Below, piece after piece: positions 37,408-43,898 of a stretch of 43,898 bases of DNA. The notes below the pieces were generated by a model. The model searched no databases. It worked only from the letters and a program-made list of their open reading frames with translations, and was not told the DNA's origin. The position numbers and the translations under genes were made by a program. Within the stretch, counting starts at the first letter, position 1. Each line of letters begins with the position of its first letter. The stretch is from Acidimicrobiales bacterium (GTDB taxonomy: Bacteria > Actinomycetota > Acidimicrobiia > Acidimicrobiales > CADCTF01): positions 1-43,898 of the forward strand of contig JBKJKM010000148.1 of NCBI GenBank assembly GCA_046597375.1, given 5' to 3'.

Positions 37408-38754
37408 TCAGGCCCGGAGGAGTTCCGCGACGCGGAACGCCAGATCGAGGCTTTGGCGAGCGTTGAGACGCGGATCGCACATCGTGGTGTAGCGGGTATC
37501 GAGGTGGCCGTCGAGGACTTCCTCAGCGCCTCCCAGGCACTCCGTCACATCGTCGCCCGTGAGCTCGACGTGGACGCCACCCGGGGTCGTCCCTTCGGCC
37601 TGGTGGACCGCGAAGAACTCCCGGATCTCTTCCAAGACGTCGTCAAAGTGACGGGTCTTGCGTCCCGACGGGGACGAAAAGGTATTGCCGTGCATCGGGT
37701 CGACGGCCCACACGACGGGGTGGCCAGCGTCCTTGACGGCCCGCACAAGCGCGGGAAGCGTGTCGCCGACCTTGTTCGCTCCCATCCTGGAGATGAGGGT
37801 GAGGCGGCCGGGGGTCTTGTCGGGGTCGAGGGCGGCGCAGATCTCGAGCACCTCCTCGGTCGTGGCCGACGGACCGACTTTGCAACCGACCGGGTTCTTC
37901 ACGCCCCGAAGGAACTCGAAGTGGGCTCCTCCGACCTGACGGGTGCGCTCACCGATCCAGAGCATGTGGGCCGAGCAGTCGTACCAGTCACCGGTGAGGC
38001 TGTCCTGGCGGGTGAGGGCCTCTTCGTAGCCGAGGATCAATGCCTCGTGGCTCGTCCAGAAGTCGACCTGGTGCAGGCGCTGTTCGGCGCCGAGATCGAT
38101 GCCGCATGCACGCATGAAGCGCAATGCCCGCTCGATTTCGGCGGCGATGGCGTCGTAGCGGCGTCCCTCGGCGCTGGAGGCAACGAACTGTTGATTCCAG
38201 AGATGCACCTGCGAGAGGTCGGCGAAACCGCCCTTGGTGAAGGCCCGCAGCAGGTTGAGGGTCGAGGCGGCCTGGTGGTAGCTGGCGACCAGCCGCTCGG
38301 GATCAGGGCGACGCGCGTCGGCCGTGGCCTCGTCGCCGTTGACCATGTGTCCTCGGAAGCTGGCGATCTCCTCGCCTCCGACGATCTCGGTGTTGGCCGA
38401 GCGGGGTTTGGCGAATTGCCCGGCGATGCGCCCGACCTTGACCACAGGCACTCCCGAGCCGTAGGTGAGGACGACGGCCATCTGCAGGATGACCCGGAGT
38501 TTGTCCCGGATGTTGTCGGCGCTGAAGTCATGGAACGACTCGGCGCAGTCGCCCGCCTGGAGCAGAAAGGCCCGGCCCGCAGCGACCTCTCCCAGCGTGG
38601 CGGTCAACGCTCGCGCCTCGCCCGCAAACACCAGGGGTGGCATCGTCGAGAGCTGTTTCAGCGATCGATCGAGGGCGGCCTCATCAGGCCATTCCGGTTG
38701 CTGGGCCGCCGTCCGCTCACGCCACGTGCCCGGTGACCAGGTGTTCGCACTCAC
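37408..38754 (-). CDS. Class II DAHP synthase
   Basis: AQQPEWP, LQAGDCAE, GRIAGQFAKPRS, WIGERTR, DPMHGNT, CDPRLN; start placed at GTG 38754. Confidence 0.95.
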   Translation of the reverse strand: MSANTWSPGTWRERTAAQQPEWPDEAALDRSLKQLSTMPPLVFAGEARALTATLGEVAAGRAFLLQAGDCAESFHDFSADNIRDKLRVILQMAVVLTYGSGVPVVKVGRIAGQFAKPRSANTEIVGGEEIASFRGHMVNGDEATADARRPDPERLVASYHQAASTLNLLRAFTKGGFADLSQVHLWNQQFVASSAEGRRYDAIAAEIERALRFMRACGIDLGAEQRLHQVDFWTSHEALILGYEEALTRQDSLTGDWYDCSAHMLWIGERTRQVGGAHFEFLRGVKNPVGCKVGPSATTEEVLEICAALDPDKTPGRLTLISRMGANKVGDTLPALVRAVKDAGHPVVWAVDPMHGNTFSSPSGRKTRHFDDVLEEIREFFAVHQAEGTTPGGVHVELTGDDVTECLGGAEEVLDGHLDTRYTTMCDPRLNARQSLDLAFRVAELLRA

Positions 38755-38903
38755 GGTGGCAAGGTTCGCAGAACCGGCGGCCTGTGCCAAAGCGCATTCG
38801 CCGCTCTCGCGTGGTAATATGGGGATGTAGGCTGCTCGCATATTCAGGAATTCGGCGAGAAATGTTCCTTGCCATAGAAGTAATTCCCGCATAGGCATGC
38901 AGG

Positions 38904-41279
38904 GTGCATCCAGAGTTGGCCGCCGAACAGGCGCATGTCGATCGGGCGTATGACCGCCTCGAAGAGCTCGAACGGCTCGCGCACGAGCTGGCCACCTCGG
39001 AGCGAAGCGACTACTCCCGCACCTTCGCTGGTGTGCTCGAGCGTGACGTCCGGGAGCGGGCCGGGCTCCGCCGCCGGGCGAGCCTGCGTCTGGGTTCGCT
39101 CGACCTGTGCTTCGGGCGCATCGACTGCGAGGGAGGGGCGAGCTACCACCTCGGTCGGGTGGCCGTGGCCGACGAGGAGCAGGAGCCGCTGATCGTGGAC
39201 TGGCGGGCGCCGGTGGCCGAGCCCTTCTACCGGGCTACCCCGGCGGACGCTCTGGGGCTGCGCCGCCGCCGCCACCTGCTCACCAAAGGGCGACAGGTGC
39301 TGCGCCTCGATGATGAGGTGTTCGGACGGGCGGCCGAGGTCGACGGCGGGGGGGAACAGCCCGGCGACGATCCGCCCCTCGTCCTTGTCGGCGAAGCGGC
39401 GCTGCTCGAGTCGTTGCGTCGGGCCCGCACCGGCCGGATGGGCGACATCGTCTCCACCATCCAGGCCGAACAAGACCGGATCATCCGGGCGCCGCTGGGC
39501 GGGATCGTCGTCGTGCAGGGCGGGCCGGGCACGGGCAAGACGGCGGTGGCGCTCCATCGGGCCGCCTACCTCCTCTACACGCACCGGTTTCCTCTGGAGG
39601 AAATGGGCGTGCTCTTCGTCGGGCCCAACACCGTCTTCCTCCGCTACGTCGAGCGTGTTCTGCCGACGCTCGGCGAGTCGGGCTGTCGCATGGCGACGGC
39701 CCACGACCTCGTCGACGGCGTGAACGTGGGGCGGGTCGAAGGGTCGGAGGTGACCCGGCTCAAGGGCGACGACCGCCTGGCGGCCGTCGTGGCGGCGGCC
39801 GTGCGCTCACGTCAGCGTCCGTTGCGCAAGGTCGCCGTGATCCCGTTCGGAGCCTTCGAACTGCGGCTCGGCCCGCGTGCCTCGTCCGAGATCGTTGCGG
39901 CGGCAATCGCCGCCGCCGGAGCCGGGCGCCACAACGCGAGGCGACCCGTGGTGGAGGCCCTCGTGCACGCCCATCTGGCCCGCCAGTACGACAAGGCCGT
40001 GGCCAGGGCCGAACGGGCGGGCCTGTCTCCGCGCGCCCTCGAACGGCCCGAGCTCATCGATGCCTTCCGCATCTCGCGTGACGTCCACCGGCTGCTCGAT
40101 CGGCTGTGGCCGGTCCTGACGCCGGAGCGGCTCTTGAGCGATCTGTTCGGTCTCCCGTCACTTCTCGCCGAAGCCTCCGCCGAACTCCTGTCGGTCGAGG
40201 AGCAGGCGCTCCTCCAGCGTCCGCGTCCCGGTCCCGGCGAACCGCCGACCTGGTCGATGGCCGACCTGCCTCTCCTCGACGAGGCGCGACCGCTGCTCGG
40301 GCCGACGAAACCCGGCGTCAGACGGACGTCCTCGTCGGCCGGCGGCGAAGACGTCGCCGCCATCGTCGATCGAGCTCTGGCCGACGACCTCCCCTCCTGC
40401 CCGAATTGCGAATTCGAGCTGACGTTCGTCGGCGTCGGCGAGGTGGACTGGCGGTGCGATGCGTGCCGGAAGGAGTGGGCGTCAGCCGAGGTGCTCTCGC
40501 CGGCCGCGGCGCTGCTGCTCGACACCTTGCGCTTCCGGCTGGTCAGTGCGGTCATCGGGGTCGGACCGGTCGGAGACCCCGAGCTCCGCACCTATGGCCA
40601 CGTCGTCGTCGACGAGGCGCAAGACCTCTCGCCGATGCAATGGCGGATGATCGCCCGACGCTGCCCGTCGGGCTCGATGACCATCGTGGGTGACCTCGGA
40701 CAGGCCAGCGGGCACTGGGCACCGACCTCCTGGGACGAGGTGCTTGCCCTCGTGCCCACGCCCCGTTCGTCCGTCGTCGAACTGACCGTCAATTACCGCA
40801 CGCCGAGTGAGGTCATGGCGTTGGCCGGGCGTGTGCTGGCCGAGGCCCGCCCTGATCTGACACCCGCCCGCAGTGTGCGCGACGCCGGCGCCCTGCCTCG
40901 GGCGGTCGTCGTCGCTCCGGGAGTTCGGGTGGTCGAGGTTGCCATCACCACGGCGGCCGAGGAGCTCGGGCTCGTCGACGGGGGGAAGGTCGCCGTGATC
41001 TGCCCCGAGAATCTGGTGGCCGAGGCCGTCTCCGCCGTGGCGGCCCGTCCCGATCTCGGGGGCCACGACGACGACTTGTTGGCGGCGCCCGTGTCGGCCC
41101 TCACCCTCGACGATGCCAAGGGCCTCGAGTTCGACGCCGTCGTCGTGGTCGAACCGGCGGCCATCGCCGCCGAGCACCCGCACGGCCTCGGCGCCCTCTA
41201 TGTGGCCCTCACCCGCACGACGACCCGGCTGGCGCTGGTTCACACCGGGGAGCTGCCGGAGTCCCTCCGCCTCGCCTGA
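38904..41279 (+). CDS. helD: HelD-family RNA polymerase recycling ATPase (SF1 helicase-like)
   Basis: FGRID, DWRAP, M.DIVSTIQAEQD, QGGPGTGKT, HRAAYL, VVVDEAQD, NYRTP, KGLEFD, LYVALTR. Confidence 0.85.
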   Translation: MHPELAAEQAHVDRAYDRLEELERLAHELATSERSDYSRTFAGVLERDVRERAGLRRRASLRLGSLDLCFGRIDCEGGASYHLGRVAVADEEQEPLIVDWRAPVAEPFYRATPADALGLRRRRHLLTKGRQVLRLDDEVFGRAAEVDGGGEQPGDDPPLVLVGEAALLESLRRARTGRMGDIVSTIQAEQDRIIRAPLGGIVVVQGGPGTGKTAVALHRAAYLLYTHRFPLEEMGVLFVGPNTVFLRYVERVLPTLGESGCRMATAHDLVDGVNVGRVEGSEVTRLKGDDRLAAVVAAAVRSRQRPLRKVAVIPFGAFELRLGPRASSEIVAAAIAAAGAGRHNARRPVVEALVHAHLARQYDKAVARAERAGLSPRALERPELIDAFRISRDVHRLLDRLWPVLTPERLLSDLFGLPSLLAEASAELLSVEEQALLQRPRPGPGEPPTWSMADLPLLDEARPLLGPTKPGVRRTSSSAGGEDVAAIVDRALADDLPSCPNCEFELTFVGVGEVDWRCDACRKEWASAEVLSPAAALLLDTLRFRLVSAVIGVGPVGDPELRTYGHVVVDEAQDLSPMQWRMIARRCPSGSMTIVGDLGQASGHWAPTSWDEVLALVPTPRSSVVELTVNYRTPSEVMALAGRVLAEARPDLTPARSVRDAGALPRAVVVAPGVRVVEVAITTAAEELGLVDGGKVAVICPENLVAEAVSAVAARPDLGGHDDDLLAAPVSALTLDDAKGLEFDAVVVVEPAAIAAEHPHGLGALYVALTRTTTRLALVHTGELPESLRLA

Positions 41280-41348
41280 CGACCCTTCCGGGCCACGTCT
41301 CGATTTCGCCATCAGGTCGTCGCTCCACCCGTTCCTAGGATGCCGCCC

Positions 41349-42281
41349 ATGACCAAGCCCTTCCGCTTCGCCGTACAGACCTCGACCGCCCCGGACGGCA
41401 AGGCGTGGCGGGAGCGGGCCCGCAAGATCGAGTCGCTTGGCTACTCGACGCTGTACATCCCCGACCACTTCGGCGATCAGTGGGGTCCGATCGTCGGCAT
41501 GACGATCGCCGCAGAGGCGACCACGACCCTCAACGTCGGCGCCCTGGTGTTCGACAACGACTACCGACATCCGGTCGTGTTGGCGAAGGAGATCGCCACC
41601 CTCGACCTGGCCAGCGAGGGCCGGGTGGAGTTCGGCATCGGCGCCGGCTGGATGAAGAGTGACTACGACGAAGCAGGCATGGACTACGACCGGCCGGGGC
41701 TGCGCATCGACCGGATGGTCGAAGGCCTCGCCGTGATGAAGCAGCTCTGGAGGGACGGCTCGGCAACGTTCGAGGGCGAGCACTACACGATCAAGGGGGC
41801 GCAGGGGCAGCCCCGTCCGGCGTCGGCCTCGTCGCCGAAGATCGTGATCGGCGGTGGTGGCAAGAAGGTGCTGTCGATCGCCGCTCGGGAGGCCGACATC
41901 ATCGGCGTCAATCCGAACCTGTCCGCCGGCTACGTCGGGCCGGAAGTGGCGGCCTCGTCGAAGGGTGATCTGTACCGCGAACGGGTCCGGTGGATCCGGG
42001 AGGCGGCGGGCGATCGTTTCGACGATCTCGAGCTGCAGTGCCTGACCTTCATGGTGCAGTTCACTGATGACCGCAAATCGGCCTACGAGAATCTGGCTCC
42101 ACTTTTCGGCCTCACGCCGGAAGAAGCGATGGACGTGCCGATCGCTCTCGCCGGCACCGTCGACCAGATCGTCGAGATGCTCCAGCAGCGGCGGGAGGAG
42201 TACGGGTTCAGCTACGTCGTCGTCCACGAGCCGGAAATGGAGGCCTTCGGCGAGGTCGTCGCGCGGCTCGCCGGTACGTGA
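41349..42281 (+). CDS. LLM-class (probably F420-dependent) oxidoreductase
   Basis: KPFRF, PDHF, DYRHPVVLAKE.ATLD..S.GR.E.GIGAGW, IGGGG; TAGGAT -10 7 nt before ATG 41349. Confidence 0.9.
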   Translation: MTKPFRFAVQTSTAPDGKAWRERARKIESLGYSTLYIPDHFGDQWGPIVGMTIAAEATTTLNVGALVFDNDYRHPVVLAKEIATLDLASEGRVEFGIGAGWMKSDYDEAGMDYDRPGLRIDRMVEGLAVMKQLWRDGSATFEGEHYTIKGAQGQPRPASASSPKIVIGGGGKKVLSIAAREADIIGVNPNLSAGYVGPEVAASSKGDLYRERVRWIREAAGDRFDDLELQCLTFMVQFTDDRKSAYENLAPLFGLTPEEAMDVPIALAGTVDQIVEMLQQRREEYGFSYVVVHEPEMEAFGEVVARLAGT

Positions 42282-42884
42282 ATGGGGCGGCGAATCGGGA
42301 TCTTCGGTGGGACCTTCGACCCGGTGCACATCGCGCACCTTCTGGTGGCGTCGGAGGTGAAATGGCGCCTCGGTCTCGATGTCGTGTTGTTGATGGTCGC
42401 CGGTGAGCCCTGGCAGAAGTCGGGCCGATTGGGAATGGCACCGGCTGATGACCGGCTGGCCGTTGTGGCCGCCGCCGTCGAGGACCTCGACGGGCTCGAG
42501 GCCTCCTCCCTCGAGATCGATCGGGGTGGGGCCACGTACACCGCGGACACGCTGGCGCAGCTCCACGCGACCGAACCCGGCGCAGAGTTGTTCCTCGTCA
42601 TCGGAGCCGACGTCGCCCGCCTGTTGCACACGTGGGACCGCCCCGACGAGGTGCGCACCGCCGCCACGCTCGTGGTCGTCGCCCGTCCGGGCTCGCCGGC
42701 GGCGCCTCTCGACCAGCTCCGGCGAGAGGGCTGGATGATCGCCGAGGTCGACGTGCCGGCGTTCGACGTCTCCTCGAGTGAGGTGCGGGCCCGGCTGGCC
42801 GATGGTCGCCCCATCGATGTCCTGGTGCCCCCGGCCGCAGTCCGCGAGATCGTCCGACGGGGTCGATACGCTCGAACCGGATGA
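42282..42884 (+). CDS. nadD: Nicotinate-nucleotide adenylyltransferase
   Basis: GGTFDPVHIAH, PWQK, YTADTL, IGAD, SSSEVR. Confidence 0.95.
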   Translation: MGRRIGIFGGTFDPVHIAHLLVASEVKWRLGLDVVLLMVAGEPWQKSGRLGMAPADDRLAVVAAAVEDLDGLEASSLEIDRGGATYTADTLAQLHATEPGAELFLVIGADVARLLHTWDRPDEVRTAATLVVVARPGSPAAPLDQLRREGWMIAEVDVPAFDVSSSEVRARLADGRPIDVLVPPAAVREIVRRGRYARTG

Positions 42885-43330
42885 ACCCGGCACCCCCTGC
42901 GGCTCGGACCCCGTCCGGTGAACGGTGGCAAGGTGGCCTTGCCGTGGTCGGACTGCTGGCCGCCGTGGTGGTGACCGTGGCGATGGTGGCCACGCCGGCA
43001 TCGTCGAGCGCCGGCGGTCGGCTGGCCGCCGGTGCGACCACCCTTCCCGGCGGAGTACGGGTCGAGATCGTCGGCGGCGAACCGATCGTGGCCTACGGCG
43101 TCGCCGATCGGCTGGTCGAAGCGGGCGTCTCCCTCGATGCGGTCCGGCCAGTATCGGCTCGCTCGGAGGTCGAGGAGTCGACGATGATCGTGTACTACGA
43201 CCGCCGATCGCTGGCCACCGCCAAAGGGATCCGCTCGATGCTCGGGCGAGGAACGTTGCGGCGTCAGCAGGCGTTCCAACCGTCGGTCGACGTGACCGTC
43301 GTGCTCGGGAAGGACCTTGCTCGCCTGTGA
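42881..43330 (+). CDS. Membrane-anchored LytR C-terminal domain protein
   Basis: TM helix then T.IVYY...A..I...LG and DVTVVLGKD. Confidence 0.7.
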   Translation: MNPAPPAARTPSGERWQGGLAVVGLLAAVVVTVAMVATPASSSAGGRLAAGATTLPGGVRVEIVGGEPIVAYGVADRLVEAGVSLDAVRPVSARSEVEESTMIVYYDRRSLATAKGIRSMLGRGTLRRQQAFQPSVDVTVVLGKDLARL

Positions 43331-43358
43331 TCTCCACCTCCGTCCTCTGCCCGTGCCG

Positions 43359-43766
43359 GTGACCACCCGCCGCGCCCGCGATCTTGACGAAGTGCGCGTC
43401 TGGGCGGCGACCGCGGCGCGGGCGGCGGACGAGAAGAAGGCCACGTCGACGGTCGTGCTCGAGGTCGGGACCATCCTCGCCATCACCGATGCCTTCGTCA
43501 TCACCTCGGCCAACAACACCCGGCTCGTGAAGACGATCGCCGAGGAGGTCGAAAAGCAAGTCAAGGCCGGCGATGGACCGTCCCCGTTGCGCATCGAAGG
43601 CCTCGATGACGCCCGCTGGGTGCTGCTCGACTACGGCGACTTCGTCGTCCACGTCTTCCTCGACGAGGTGCGCGACTACTACGACCTCGAACGGCTGTGG
43701 TCGGACGCCCCGAAGGTGGATTGGGAGTCGCTCGTCACCGAGTTGCCGGCCGCCGCCGGCGAGTAA
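43359..43766 (+). CDS. rsfS: Ribosome silencing factor RsfS
   Basis: AA.EKKA, ITDAFVI.S, EG....WVLLDYGD.VVHVF....R.YYDLERLW; start approximate. Confidence 0.95.
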   Translation: MTTRRARDLDEVRVWAATAARAADEKKATSTVVLEVGTILAITDAFVITSANNTRLVKTIAEEVEKQVKAGDGPSPLRIEGLDDARWVLLDYGDFVVHVFLDEVRDYYDLERLWSDAPKVDWESLVTELPAAAGE

Positions 43767-43770
43767 CCCA

Positions 43771-43790
43771 GCGGTCGGACGACCGACCGC
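43771..43790. terminator. Hairpin between convergent rsfS and the tRNA
   Basis: GCGGTCGG-ACGA-CCGACCGC, perfect 8-bp stem, no U-tract. Confidence 0.45.
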
Positions 43791-43816
43791 CGGGGGCGGC
43801 GAAAACCTCGACGGAG

Positions 43817-43890
43817 TGGACCTGGAGGGATTTCAACCCTCGCCCTTCACCATGCCATGGTGCTGCGCTACCGAGCTGCGCTACAGGCCC
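43817..43890 (-). tRNA. tRNA-Ala(GGC), degenerate (possible pseudo-tRNA)
   Basis: Cloverleaf: GGGCCTG/CAGGTCC acceptor stem with G3:U70, D arm GCGC/GCGC, anticodon loop ATGGCAT, T arm GAGGG-TTGAAAT-CCCTC; CCA not encoded. Confidence 0.85.
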
Positions 43891-43898
43891 GTCAGGGC

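Noticed and set aside
38755-38903. Rifamycin-associated element (RAE) upstream of helD
   Set aside because: The GCAAGG and CCTTGC half-sites are about 100 bp apart and in the wrong order for the compact RAE palindrome.

Overview
High-GC actinobacterial chromosome segment, most consistent with Acidimicrobiia (inferred from gene content and order, not from a database match). The core backbone is mreBCD-mrdA-rodA, a TIGR03960/TIGR03936-type radical SAM pair, rne-rplU-rpmA-obgE-proB...proA...nadD-rsfS and a terminal, degenerate tRNA-Ala(GGC). Accessory blocks interrupt it: a tandem-cupredoxin lipoprotein, an orphan GAF histidine kinase, a MoxR/vWA pair with a palindromic operator, TauD with two histidine phosphatases, NfeD-SPFH, a sulfate assimilation operon (sir-cysC-cysH-cysD-cysN) with an Rrf2-type operator and structured leader, a class II DAHP synthase, a HelD-like helicase and F420-type enzymes. 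The best candidate for an undescribed system is a six-gene minus-strand cluster between proB and proA: lipoprotein, TerB-like/CbbX-type AAA+ ATPase, solute-binding-like protein, SBP-vWA lipoprotein, PspM-like membrane coiled-coil protein and PspA (ESCRT-III superfamily). Also notable are a HelD homologue with a C4 zinc-ribbon motif where class II HelD has its primary-channel loop, a dispersed ~110-bp intergenic repeat and many apparent leaderless promoters. No rRNA, CRISPR array, transposase or integrase was seen. All family calls come from motif recognition by eye.
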